DNA of 64,000 nt from Lama glama (Eukaryota): the NCBI GenBank assembly GCA_028534125.1, contig CM052817.1, forward strand, positions 26,910,001-26,974,000, written 5' to 3'. Position numbers and translations under genes: made by a program. Shown here in pieces: positions 52,115 through 64,000 of the stretch; positions within the stretch are counted from its first letter, which is position 1; each line of letters starts with the position of its first letter. Under the pieces are notes generated by a model, which was not told where the DNA came from, did no database searches, and saw only the letters and a program-made list of their open reading frames with translations.

Positions 52115-52614
52115 NNNNNNNNNNNNNNNNNNNNNNNNNNNNNNNNNNNNNNNNNNNNNNNNNNNNNNNNNNNNNNNNNNNNNNNNNNNNNNNNNNNNNN
52201 NNNNNNNNNNNNNNNNNNNNNNNNNNNNNNNNNNNNNNNNNNNNNNNNNNNNNNNNNNNNNNNNNNNNNNNNNNNNNNNNNNNNNNNNNNNNNNNNNNNN
52301 NNNNNNNNNNNNNNNNNNNNNNNNNNNNNNNNNNNNNNNNNNNNNNNNNNNNNNNNNNNNNNNNNNNNNNNNNNNNNNNNNNNNNNNNNNNNNNNNNNNN
52401 NNNNNNNNNNNNNNNNNNNNNNNNNNNNNNNNNNNNNNNNNNNNNNNNNNNNNNNNNNNNNNNNNNNNNNNNNNNNNNNNNNNNNNNNNNNNNNNNNNNN
52501 NNNNNNNNNNNNNNNNNNNNNNNNNNNNNNNNNNNNNNNNNNNNNNNNNNNNNNNNNNNNNNNNNNNNNNNNNNNNNNNNNNNNNNNNNNNNNNNNNNNN
52601 NNNNNNNNNNNNNN
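52115..52614. other. Assembly gap (500 N placeholder)
   Basis: Run of 500 N. Confidence 0.99.
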
Positions 52615-54234
52615 GGGAGACTCACCATTGTAGTAATAAGATTCCATGAATGAAATGTGGATGTAGGAGTTGGGGAAGGTTAAAGGGAACAAGATTTTAA
52701 AAATACACTGATAAGCTTTTTTCTGTCCAAGAAAAAAAAAGGATCCATACATTTTAGAAAATGTAAATATGAAAAAGCACAAGGAGAAGAAACCATCCTT
52801 AACGTTTTGCATGTCTTTGTAATCTGTGTGTGTCTATGCAAGCGTCTCTACTTTTATGTTAAGCATTATTGTGATCATCATCTCATTTTATGACCTACTT
52901 TTTGTCGCCTAATTCATCATGGAAATTTCTGATATTAAGTATTCTAGTATGTGATTTTTAATGGTCTTATACATTATTACATTGCATGGATGTATCATAA
53001 TTAACAATCACCCACTGTTGAACATTTAGGTTATTTCCAGTCTAGATTAATCATTGCTCATAATTCTTTTTTCCTCCTTAAAAATATGTATAGATGTGAA
53101 GTTGCTCCGTTGAAGGGTTGCTTGCACATTTTAAAGACATTGCTATACACGTCCAAACTACTCTCTGGAGAAGTTTTATGTACTTCCATTCTATCATTCT
53201 TGTGTGAGGGCTGTCCATTTCTTCTTACTCTGGAAAAAGAGAAAAAAACACTTTCCAGTATGATAGATGAAATATGCTAGATCCTCATTGTTGTAGTATG
53301 CACTTTCTTACTTTTTCTTAATATTGGGGCTTAATTAAAATAATTAATTTGGTTTATTTAAACTAAAAAAAACACACAGAGTTTTTTTTTTTAAATCTGT
53401 TCAGAAGCCGAAAATCAGCCACATTAAATATGTGTAATGCAGTATAAAAAAAGTTAATTTGACTTGTGTTGATAATGTGGCTTGTTTTAATTATATGTAG
53501 TTTGTATTCTGATTCTTTAAAGTCTGATTCTTTAAAGTGTTAAGTTTGCCAGGTTTCTTATATGACAGTATCTTGGGAATTTAATTAAAATATAAGACCA
53601 AGTCCTTGGACTTAGAACTCAGGATTTAAACGTGGGCAGCCTTGTGGGAGAATCCCCGAACTGGGAGATGGGAGGGTGTGGGTTCTGCCTGGCCCTGCCA
53701 CTCCTGGCTGACAGCATAGACAAGTCATCAGAACCAACTGAGCTTCACTTCTGACTTCTATAAACTGGGGAGTTGGACTGGATGATGTTAAGACAACCTC
53801 TAGTTCAAAAATTCTACAGTATTTGCTTTCCAGAAAAAGAACTGCAAGTGAGACTTGGCTCTAAGGAGAACCAAGTCAAATGCAGAGCAAATATATTCAA
53901 AACATAAAACTCAAAAAATTAATGAATAGTGAAGTAGTGTTTGACCTTTGATTTTAACTGCTTAAAATATCTGCAAATAGGCCAAGACAAAGAGCATTGA
54001 AATGAGAGTGATCAGAGCCAAGTAAATAAAGGTAATCCGCTTTACTACATAACTGCAGTGACAACAATACAAGTGCTTTTTCACAAGATAGTGTTTTGGC
54101 TTATTTAGTTAGTTTAGACAGGTGTGTTTGTACCTGTTTTCTGGTGTAATTGTGTAAATGATTCTGATAGAGTTCTGAGAACCATATAATGTAATTAGGT
54201 GCAGGACCTACATGTATTAAATGCTCAATACATA

Positions 54235-54285
54235 CATATATATATTATATATATATATATATATAATATATATATATATATATAA
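54235..54285. repeat. (TA)n microsatellite
   Basis: Interrupted TA run. Confidence 0.95.
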
Positions 54286-54623
54286 AATACATAAAACATA
54301 TGTAAATGAATGAATAAATGAACACTTACTTGAAAACTTAACTCAGCATTGGTGGGGAGTAGGTGGTATTCCTCGCATGTTGCACTTTCTCTAACGCACA
54401 TGGTTCTACTGCTCTAGTTGTGTTCAGGGTAGCCTCTCTCTGAACATGACAGGCCCTCTTATCTGCAGCCACCTGACTTCATCAGCCCTTTCACCCAAGT
54501 CTCCTAGTGTTCTCCTCTGCAAGCTGGGAAGCAGTTCTGATGCCCTGCTATGTTTTGGTGTCAGTTTCCTTTATTTCTGTCAAGGCTGAATTACGAACTA
54601 CTCCTATTCTTCTGCTTACCTCC

Positions 54624-55116
54624 TATATTAGTTTCCTATTGCTGCTGTAACGAATTACTGCTAAGTTGTTGACTTAAAACAACACAATTTTACTCTCTTA
54701 ACAATTTTGGAAGTGAGAAGTCTGAAAGGAGCCTTACTGGGCTACCAAGGTGTCGTCAGGGCTCGTTCCTCTTGAAGGCTCTAGGGGAGAATCTGTATTC
54801 CTCACTTTTTCAGCTTTCAGTGACTGCCTTGTGGCCCCTTTCTCCACCTTCAAAGTAGATCACTCCCACCTCTCCTCACATCGCCTTCTCCTCTTTTGTA
54901 GTCAGATCTGCCTCTGCTTCCTCTTGCAAAGACAATTGTGATTGTATTTAGGATCCACCCAGATAATCCGGCACCTCTTCCCCATCTCAAGATTTCAACC
55001 TGATTATAGCTGCAGAGTTTGTTTTTTTGCCCGTATAAGGTAGCATCCACAGTTTCCAAGAATTAGGATGGATATATCTTTTGAGGGGAGGGGATGACAT
55101 TTTTCAGCCTACCACA
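54624..55116 (-). mobile_element. MaLR solo LTR (MLT1D/E-like)
   Basis: tattagtttcctattgctgctgtaac ... cagcctaccaca with perfect 5-bp TSD cctcc (54619-54623 and 55117-55121). Confidence 0.9.
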
Positions 55117-55807
55117 CCTCCCTTCTCTCTTTCCATCCTGAACTTTTTCCTTTTCTATTTACTACCAACTATTTGCTGTTATAGGAACACACACACACAC
55201 ACAGCAGTTATTGCATTTACCTAGAGAAATGTTAGATTCCTCTCAAAGCAGAGAAACAACTTCATGTCTCAATTGCTATGCCAGATACTCTAACCCAAAG
55301 GGTAGGGCTGCTTATTACCTAATAGAGCTAGGAGGCAAGGTATAAAACAGAGGAAAATATAAAGAAGCCCCAAATTCCAATCACTGTTTTGTTGACAATC
55401 TCCAACATCTATTAGAACAAACCCTGCTTATTAGCTGAATCATAGTTTCTACCCAAACTATCTTTCAATTCATGAATTCCCTCTTTGGCTGTATCTAATC
55501 TGTCTCTGAACTTACCCGTGAGGATTTTTGCCCCACCCTGACCCCAAGTGAGATGTAATTCACACACTATAAAATCCCCCCTTTTAAAGTGTAAAATTCA
55601 GCAGCATTTAGTATATTCATGAAGGTGTACAGCCATCATCACTGTCTCATTCTAGAATGTTTTTCTTACCCTGGAAAGAGACCCTGTACCCATCATTAAC
55701 TGTCACTCCACATTGTTGCCCTTCCTTCTAGGAAACCATGACTGACTTTCTGTCTCTATTAATTTGCCTATTCTGGACACTTCAGATGACTGGAATCACA
55801 TTATATA

Positions 55808-56059
55808 CAGTTGGCCCTCTGTATCCCCAGGTTCCACATCCATGATTCAACAAACTGCTGATTGAAAATATTTGGAAAAAATTTTCCAGAAAGTTCCAAA
55901 AAAGCAAATTTGCCACATGCTGGCAAGCATTTACATAGCATTTATATTACATTAAGTATTAGGAGTAATCTAGGGATGATTTAAAGTAAACAGGATATGG
56001 GTATGGGTATCCACTAAGGGTCCTGGAACCAATCCCCTGTGGATACCAAGGGATGACTG
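55808..56059. mobile_element. MER2 (TcMar-Tigger) MITE
   Basis: TA|cagttggccctctgtatcc ... ggataccaagggatgactg|TA: terminal inverted repeats and TA duplication. Confidence 0.9.
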
Positions 56060-56130
56060 TATGGCCTTTTGTCACTTAATATAGTGTTTTCAAGGTTCAT
56101 TTATGTTACAGTACTTATCAGTACTTGATT

Positions 56131-56379
56131 TTTAAAAAATTAACGTGTAGTTGATTTACAATGTTGTGCTAATTTCAGGTCTACATCAAAGTGATTGAGT
56201 TATACATACATGTTTATATCTATTCTTTTCCAGATTCTTTTCCATTATAGGTTATTACAAAATATTGAATATAATTCCCTGTGCTATCCAGTAGGTCCTT
56301 GTTGTTTATCTGTTTTATAATGTATATCTGTTAATCCCAAACTCCTAATTTATCCTCCCTCCCCCAGCTTTCCCCTTTG
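56131..56379 (-). mobile_element. Artiodactyl-type L1 3' end with TSD
   Basis: Flanks agtacttgatt (56120-56130) and agtacttcatt (56380-56390); gtagttgatttacaatgttgtg...ccctgtgctat. Confidence 0.85.
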
Positions 56380-57139
56380 AGTACTTCATTCTTTTCTATT
56401 GCTGTATAATGTTCCATTATATAGATATGCCACATTTGGTTTATACATTCGTCAGTTTATGGACATTTGAGTTGTTTCCATTTTTGCTATTATGAATAAT
56501 ATTGCTATGAACAATCATGTACAAGTTTTTGGGTGAACAAATGCTTTCATTTCTCTTGAGAGTGTGTGTGTACATTTATATAGATGTATGATTTATATAC
56601 ATATATGAGTGGAATTGCTGGGTTGTAAGGTAGCTATGTCTTTAACTTTCTGAGGAGCTGCCATTGTTTTACAAAGTAGCTGAACCCTTCTACAACCCCA
56701 CCAGTAATTATATGAGGCTTCCGGTTTCTTGACATCCTTAGCAAACTTATTATTGTCAGTCTCTTGGATTATAGCTGTCTTAGTGGGTGAGAAGTGGTAT
56801 CTTACAGTGGGTCTGATTTACACTTACCTAATGACTAATGTTGCTGAACATCTTTTCAAATCCCTTGTTCATTTTTAAGTTGGGTTATTTACCTTTTTTC
56901 CCTTAAATTGTAAGAATTCTTTCTATATTTTGAATACTGCACTCATATAGATTTATGAATTTTTGGCCTATTCTATGGATTGTATTTTTCTTTCTTAATA
57001 GTGTCCTTCAAAGCACAAAAGTTTTATACTTTGAAGAAGTTCAATTTATCTGGGGTTGTTTTTTTTTGTAATTTTGATGTCATATCTAAGAAACCATTGC
57101 CTAATCCAAGATGTTGAAGATTTACTCCTATTAAAAACA

Positions 57140-57247
57140 TTTTTTTCTTTGTTTGTTTGTTTGTTTTTAATGGAGGTACTGGGAATTGAACGTAGGACCT
57201 CGTGCATGCTAAACACATAGTCCACTGCTGAGCTATACCTTCCCCCC
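57140..57247 (-). mobile_element. tRNA-derived SINE, camelid vic-1 type
   Basis: Reverse complement GGGGGAAGGTATAGCTCAGCAGTGG...AGCATGCACGAGGTCCTACGTTCAATTCCCAGTACCTCCA plus (CAAA)n/A tail; A-box and B-box remnants; flanks actcctatt/actcctgtt. Confidence 0.85.
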
Positions 57248-57630
57248 AACTCCTGTTTTTTTCCTAAGAATTTTATGGTTTTAGTGCTTACTTTAGGTGT
57301 TTGATTAATGTTGGTGTGTGGTCTAACTTTATTCTCTTGCATGTGCATATCCACTTGTACCAACACTTTGTCAAAAGGCTATTCTCTCTCTTGTTAGGAT
57401 GGGCTTTTCATGTTTGCAGTGAAACCAGCTGGGTTTTGATAGGGATTGTGTTTAATCTTTAGATTATTTTGGGAAGTAGTGTCATGTTAATAGTCTTCCA
57501 AGTCTGTGTACATGGATAGCTTTCCATTTATTCAGGTCTCCTTTAATTTCTTTCAGTGATGTTTTGTAGTTTTTGTGTACAAGTCTTGCACTTCTCTGTC
57601 AAATTTATTCCTAAATATTTTATTCTTTTT

Positions 57631-57742
57631 TTTTATTTTTATTTTTTTAACATTTTTATTGATTCATAATCATTTTACAGTGTTGTGTCAAATTCCAGTG
57701 TTCAGTACAATTTTTCAGTCATACATGGACATATACACACTC
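57631..57742 (-). mobile_element. Short young L1 3' end with ~16-bp TSD
   Basis: atattttattcttttt at 57615-57630 and 57743-57758. Confidence 0.8.
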
Positions 57743-60700
57743 ATATTTTATTCTTTTTCATGCTATTATAAATGGAATTTTTATTGATTTCACTTTGAAA
57801 TTGTTGCTGATGCATGGAAATAGAACTGATTTCTCTCTCTCTCTCTCTCGATAGAGCAATCTATCTAAGGATATATATATAGAGAGAGAGAGAGAGAGAT
57901 CTTGTTTCCTTTCCCCTCCTTCTCACACTCTTGGAATTCTAGTAGATTTTTCGAATTCACCTACTGTCCTTCCATATTATCCCATTTTTACTTTATCAGT
58001 TGTTTAAATATATTTTTAAAGTCCTTTCAGACTGTTGCACCATTTTTAGCTCTGGGGGTGCAGATTTTGCCATTTGCATTAGCTATTTTTTATGGCGGGT
58101 TTTTTTTTTTTTCTTGTTTGGTCTCAAACTTTGACTCCGAGGGCCTCTTCAGTGGGGGCTGCTTAACATGGGAGTTCCATGTGACTAGGACTGTGGGAAC
58201 CCAGAGGAGTTTCTCATTTGCCTCAGTCAGTAACCATGGGTCTCACTGCTTTGGGACCAGTGTTTGTGTTATTTTCTTGGCCTGCGGCCCTGACACTCCA
58301 TGGAGATTAGGTAATTGGATACTATACCTCCATGTGGGAGCAGTCTTAGAATTTTGATTTCCTGTTGTTGAGGTTTAAAAAGTTTGTTTTTATTTATTTT
58401 TACCCCATCCCCAAATAAAAGCTTCCTTGCAAAGCTTGGGGATGGGGGGCATGAATGTTTTCTACGTCTTGTTTTACTGAAGGGGCAGCCCTGTGTGACT
58501 GCCAGCATTGAGCTCATAGGTCAGCTCTAGCTGGCCAGCTTTGTGGGCCCTGTGATCTGTTCGTCCCTTTCTTCCCTGTGGGTCATCAGTCTTAGCCCCT
58601 AGATATTAAGGCTCTGTCATGTTCTATAAGCCTTTAAGTCTTCAAAATGTCACCTTTCTTCACTGACTTTGATTTCCGTCTTAGTTCTGCCCAGGGATTT
58701 ATTTCTCATGGTTTTGACTTTTTTTTGTATTCAAAAAGTTGTTAGTTAGTTACATCTTTTTCAGTTTTTCCATGTATTTGAAACAGGCAGCCTGCCTTTG
58801 TCATTTTGGCTCATCGTTACCGACTGGAAACTTGACCCCTGCAGTCTGATGAAAGGATTTTTAAAACCTTGGAATCCCCAGGTTGCGATCCCTGATTTCC
58901 TCAGAACTTTAAACATAAATGAGTGTTAAGTGAATGGTAGTTCAGTGGATGGGTGTTCTGCAGACCCTTTTACTGGGTTGCCTCGTACCTGAGTAACCAC
59001 AGTTGTGTAGGGCAGTGAGTGCAATCTCTCCGATGTTCACCTCATTCCTTGTAGAATACCGCTTGCTGCGTGTGTCTCAGAATCAGTAGGTTAGTTCTAG
59101 ATTTTTACATGGCCTGTGAACCCAAGCTGTGTATTTTTAGGTGTTAATAAATATGGAGCTTATTTCATGCCTAGGAAATAAGGTCCTATCTTGATATTAA
59201 CAGTAATAAAAAGAAGGTTACTTCTATATATTCTTCTGTCTCTGGAGACAGAGATTAAAGTTCAGTAGTCCCAATTAAAATCCCTTCTTTGTAAATTTTT
59301 GCTTTTTAAAAAAAAAATCTTACCTATAATCTGCTGCTTCTGACCTAGAGATTGGAAATATTGTTTTGTTGTGATTAAAAAAAAAAAAAACCAAACTCCT
59401 TTTCACATGAGTGCTCTGGATCTGCAGGAACAGAAAGGGAGAGCAGAACTAAGAAGCCTGTGTCAGAGTTTCAAGAATAGGGATCAACATTCTGGAAAGG
59501 AGCCTGCCTGGTGTCTGTATTGCTTGTGGAATGAGCCTCTGGAAAGAGTCTTGTCTCTTGTCATAGACTAGCTTTCTGGCTCCAGGGGAGCCTGTTTGTT
59601 GAGTGTGGTGACTCCCTGCAGACCTCACGCCCAGCATTCTTGGGATAACTGTAGGGTGTTCTGAGCAGCCTTTTCCCCACACTCATGTGAAGAGGATTGT
59701 GATGGCGGGGCTGGGTTAGCCTTCAGTATATGCAGACAGGCTTTGACTCAGGGAGAGAGGAGAAGTATATTTGTCCTCATGGAGGTGGCCACACACTTGC
59801 TGCTAATGGAGTAACTGGGAAGAACTGCATCTGCCATTGGGAGCTTAAGACCCCTCTTCTGGGAGTAGCCTCTGGAAAGGAAGAGTCAACTTTATGGGAC
59901 AGTTTTGAAACCAAAGCAAATAGAGTTATTTTTCTAGTTTTCCTGGACACTTGCTCAGGTGTGCAAACCTGAAATTGTGCTCGGGGGAAGTGAACGCTGA
60001 TGACTTGAATGAAGACCACAGAAACCCTTGCACAATGAAACCCATAGAATTCTGAAAAAAAGGACTTGGTATGTTTCAGAGTTGCAAGATAGGTCATTTT
60101 ATTGTACCTTCTTTTTTGAGTATGAGTCTGTGTGTGTGTCTGTGTGTGTATAGAGTTTATAGAAATAGGAAACAGCAAGCGTGCACTATTGAATATTCTG
60201 TTGAGAATGTTTTGTTAAAGATGCATCTGGACTTTTTAGTTATTCTCTTTCTTTCAGTTTTAAGGAAGATACTTAAATCCATGGGATTAAATTTGATTTC
60301 TCCTTTGAATTCTTTCCGAGGAGTGTCCAATTATGGGAAAAGTGGATCCTCATCTCGTCGGGTGTAAGAACATTCCTCAAAGAGCTTAAGTTGCATATTG
60401 CTTATTTGGAACTTGATGCCAATAAATCCACCCTGACTTGGCTAAATCATGCATGCCTGCTACCATCTTATCCTTGTGACTGGGGCTTGATCAGGGGTAA
60501 AGACGATTTGCTGAACATCAGGAGACAGAAGCTTTTTGTTTTTTGAAATCACTATTTCTCACATGGAAGAGTCCAATCTAAGTAAAGCTCGAAAGAGGCA
60601 CCCCTTTTTTCTGGTTGAGGAACAGAGTAGAATTAAGGCCGGAGGGGTGACCAGAGCCAGTCAATAGATGGATTGATGTTGTACCTGCTATACTGGTAAT

Positions 60701-61129
60701 GCTTTGCTGGCTTCTCTGGAGGATTGAGAAGAGTTACATATTGTCCTCAAAGAGTGTATGTTTTCCTATGTAGACATGACCAAAGGTAGTAACTGCATCA
60801 TTTAGCATCAAATTATATGACATAGCAGTTTAGAGGAGAGGAAGGCCAGTAAAGACACATGTGATCAGTGAAATTCAAGGACTGAAAAAACAAATTTAGA
60901 GAGCATCTTCATCCAGTAGGACACAAAGGTCTGGGAATGAGTTTGATTCTGATCACGTGGTTGGCAGAGCGGCTATGGGATTGCCGGTGCCTTGGGTGGT
61001 ATTGGAAGGGCACGTGAAATGGGATGTCTTGGAGGGACCTGATGAAGTAGGATCACGTGGGAAATGTCCAAGGGAGTGCATATCCTGGTGAGAACAAAGC
61101 GTGTTCAAAATAGGACCTATTTATATTAT

Positions 61130-61360
61130 TATTAATGACTAACACTTGCACAGCCAGACACTGTTCTAAGCACTTCATGTGCATTTTTTTTTAATGCTGC
61201 CAGCAATTCTCTGTGACAGGTGCTTCTCTCGCCACTCAGTTATAGATGAGGACACTGAGGCACAGAGGAGATAGGTAACGTATTTAAGGCTGTACAGTAA
61301 GTGGTGTAGTTAGGATTTGAAGCCAGGCTGTCTGGCTCCAGGGTGTGTGCTCCTAACTAC
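61130..61360 (-). mobile_element. MIR SINE
   Basis: atagatgaggacactgaggcacagag...ggatttgaagccaggctgtctggctcca. Confidence 0.85.
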
Positions 61361-61589
61361 TGTGCTGCTTGCTCCAGTCAACGTGAGAAGAGTAGGAAGG
61401 GGTTTCAAGCAAGAGAAGTTGTTGGGGGAGAGGAAGTTCCCAGATCAGGATTGCAGGGGGCAGGTCCCAAGAATGCAGTGTCTATGTGGTGGCCACACTG
61501 AAGTGCTGGTGATACAGAGGGGAGTTAGTGGTTCACTGCATCAAGCCCATTCTGGAAGCAGGGTGGCAGAACTAACCGTCTGGCTTCTG

Positions 61590-62200
61590 TGTACTGGGCC
61601 CTGGGAACAGAGCAGCGAATAAGGTAGGTAAGGTCGCTGCTCCTTTGGAACTTGGATCCATTCTGGTGATGGAGACAAACCACAGGAAAGATACTCAGCA
61701 AGGAAGATGATTATGGACTGTGGTATGTGCTGTGGAGGAATAAGTTCTGTGATGGAGAGTTACTGAGCAGGGCTCACGTGACACAGGGTGACATAGAGAA
61801 GATGTCTCTGAAGAGCTGATGTTTGATCTGTGATCTAAAGGATGGAAAAAGCCCAGCCACGTGAAGAATTGAGGAAAGCTCATCCCAGGCTGTGGGAATA
61901 AGGACAGTTCAAGGGATGAAAAGGAGGCCAGGGTAGCCTCAGCATAACAGGCTTGGTGGGGCTTGGTGGGGCTTGGTGGGAGGTGAGGTTAGAGAAGGAG
62001 GTGGGGCTAAATCAGACCTGAGGGCCTTGGTAAGGAGTTTAGACCGTTCCCTGAGAGTGGTGAGAAGCCACTGAACGATATGTAGATGGGTGGCATGGTC
62101 CCATGGAAGACCCAGGGTGCTAAATAGATACACTTGTTTGAGCAGGTAGGGGTAGGGAGGAGGCTGAGAGCAGAGGGGAAGCAAGATGGGGAAGAACATT
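61590..62200 (-). mobile_element. L2 LINE fragment (contains 10-bp tandem gcttggtggg x3 at 61951-61980)
   Basis: ggccttggtaaggagtttaga...gaagccactga, antisense L2. Confidence 0.7.
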
Positions 62201-62599
62201 TAGGATGTTTCTACCCCATCTGGTATCTTGAAATTTTGAATCGCAGCTAACGTGGCCTTTCTGCCTGAGGAAAGATGAGCCTCATGCCATCTAAAGCTTC
62301 TTAGAACTCAGGTTGTAATGAGAACTCACAGCGGTAAGACTTGATATCCACCTTTTAGCCATTTAACCATCAATTTATACCTATTTATATGTAGAGAGAG
62401 AAATCAAAGCATGTGACCCTAAAGGTGAAACATTTTTTGTTCATTTGCTTTTTATAGACATTGGAATTTATAAAGTATCACTTTATATGTATATGTATAT
62501 GATATGGGGAGCAGAAGACACCTTGGAAATACTGTAATTAATTATCTTCTCTATTTAATGAATGACTTATTTCCAAGATACAGACTCAAAATGGGGACA

Positions 62600-63140
62600 C
62601 AATTAATTTTAATCACTCAGTACCCATATCCTGCTCCATTTTTGCTGATAGAATTTGGATTTAATTCAGGGTGGCATGGCAATCTGCCTCAGACAGTAGG
62701 TTGTAATGGTCTAAGCCAACACGCAGGTCCTGACCCATGTCTTTGGAGCATTCCTTATGGCTAGTGTGGCCATGTTGCCTAGCCCTGGCTGGTGAGATCT
62801 GAGAATAAGTCCACTGGGGTGGGGGTAGAGTTTCTGAGAAAGCATTTATTGTCCTGATAAAACCTGAGAAATGAGTCTGTCAGTGCCCTTCATTGCTTTC
62901 CCCTACTTTCTGCCTTGAATGCTGATGAGATGTATGAGTGCCCAGCAGCCCTCATGGCACCATGAGGTGACAAGCAGAAAGGAAAAGCCAAGAGCATCAT
63001 GGAGATACCTTCCCTGACATTGTTCCTGTCAAACCAACACGAGCAGCCCTGAGCCTTCCCACTCGTTCCTATTTGTTGAGTCCACTGTTTGTTCTGGTTT
63101 CTGATACTGAGAGGTGAGTGCAATGCTAACTGAAACAAAT
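62600..63140 (+). mobile_element. Old MaLR LTR (MLT1J/K-like)
   Basis: gtggccatgttgcctagccctggc...gagat; cagcagccctcatggcaccatgagg; ends ctaactgaaaca. Confidence 0.7.
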
Positions 63141-63840
63141 TCGAAGAGTCGGTGTTATGAGCCTTGTCCTGTGTGCTGCGATGGCCTTCTAAATGTTCCT
63201 TGGTATTCAGTATGACCTTTAACCTGTGTGAAAACAGTATCTGAGAAGGAAATTCTAACTTGCATTAAAAGTTGTTCACAGTTGAAAGTGATGAGTTGTG
63301 GACTTAGAAATACAATTTTCGAAATAAATGAACTCGTCTGCGTGAACCTGCTGTAGCAAGTACCGTGGAGCCATACTTCATGGCCAGTATCTTTCTTATG
63401 GCCTTTTTTATGATAGCCTTAGTCAGTGTTCTACTGAACTACACTGTATATATTTATGGCTTTATAGGAAACTGTAACAGTACCAAAGGTAATGGCATAA
63501 ATAGTCTGACTTCTTAAAAATGTGAAGCTCCAACAGACCTTATTGGATTTCAGGGTAATGGTGTTATTAAATTTTCTGCTTCTTTTCAAACTTTTTTGTG
63601 GCTGAGTTCCACCCTGGCAGTTTTGAGAAATTTGGGGGATGGTTCTGTATTTTTTTGGAAAAAAAATTATCCTGGAATTCTCGATTGCTGAATTGAGGGA
63701 GAGGGGAAATAATTTGGATTTTTTTTTTAACCATCTTGGCTTTGAGTATAGCACTCCGTACATTGTTTTCTATGTGGAAAGTAGAAATGGCTCTGTGGTA
63801 AGCACTATGGGGATAATATAAGGTATAAAATAAAATTGTC

Positions 63841-64000
63841 TTTTTTTTTAATTGAGTTATAGTCAGTTTACAATGTTGTGTCAATTTCCAGTGTAAAGCA
63901 CAATTTTTCAGTTATACATGAACATACATGCATTCATTGTCACATTCTTTTTCACTGTGAGCTACCACAAGATCTTGTATATATTTCCCTGTGCTATACA
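63841..64000 (-). mobile_element. Young L1 3' end (truncated by window edge)
   Basis: Poly-T then aattgagttatagtcagtttacaatgttgtgtcaatttcc...ttccctgtgctataca. Confidence 0.88.

Larger units (their letters stand above)
55545..57830 (-). mobile_element. Old L1M(B) fragment hosting four younger insertions
   Basis: ttttaaagtgtaaaattcag...atttgcctattctggacac...ggacatttgagttgtttcca...gatagggattgtgtttaatc. Confidence 0.88.

Noticed and set aside
57171..57247. tRNA gene
   Set aside because: Degenerate stems, A-rich tail and flanking duplication indicate a tRNA-derived SINE.
63675..63700. Peptide LNSAIEN in ORF 63431-63763, identical to part of a missing APBB2 exon
   Set aside because: Flanking residues do not match, there are no splice sites, and the position is wrong for exon order; chance match.
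1..64000. CRISPR arrays, operons or other prokaryotic-type systems
   Set aside because: Sequence is mammalian intron and repeat DNA; no regularly spaced repeat-spacer array or gene cluster seen.

Overview
Mammalian genomic DNA from a draft assembly with three 500-N gaps. It is probably a camelid, judged from a vic-1-like tRNA-derived SINE. The window holds the 3' part of APBB2 (Fe65L1) on the minus strand: part of the 3'UTR, the terminal coding exon (299-466), the penultimate PID2/PTB2 exon (4235-4414), and the exon ending PID1/PTB1 (7113-7227). The rest is mostly the very long intron that interrupts PID1. Three expected exons are not visible and probably lie in the first gap. The long intron contains a 6-nt AGAGAG microexon (15703-15708) with a neural splicing signature, an internal CpG-island promoter (~27.3-27.8 kb) that would give a PID2-only isoform, and several weaker candidate poison or terminal exons. 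Other points of note: a 56-bp, 89%-identical inverted repeat in the last intron, a miR-141/200a site with extended 3' pairing, the 5' end of a young L1 running into a gap, and a strand-asymmetry flip after the third gap suggesting a misoriented contig. The remainder is ordinary interspersed repeats (MIR, L2, L1, MaLR/ERVL LTRs, hAT and Tigger DNA transposons). I found no new multi-gene system, and nearly all ORFs in the supplied track are spurious. Repeat family names, miRNA sequences and human comparisons are from recall, not from a search.
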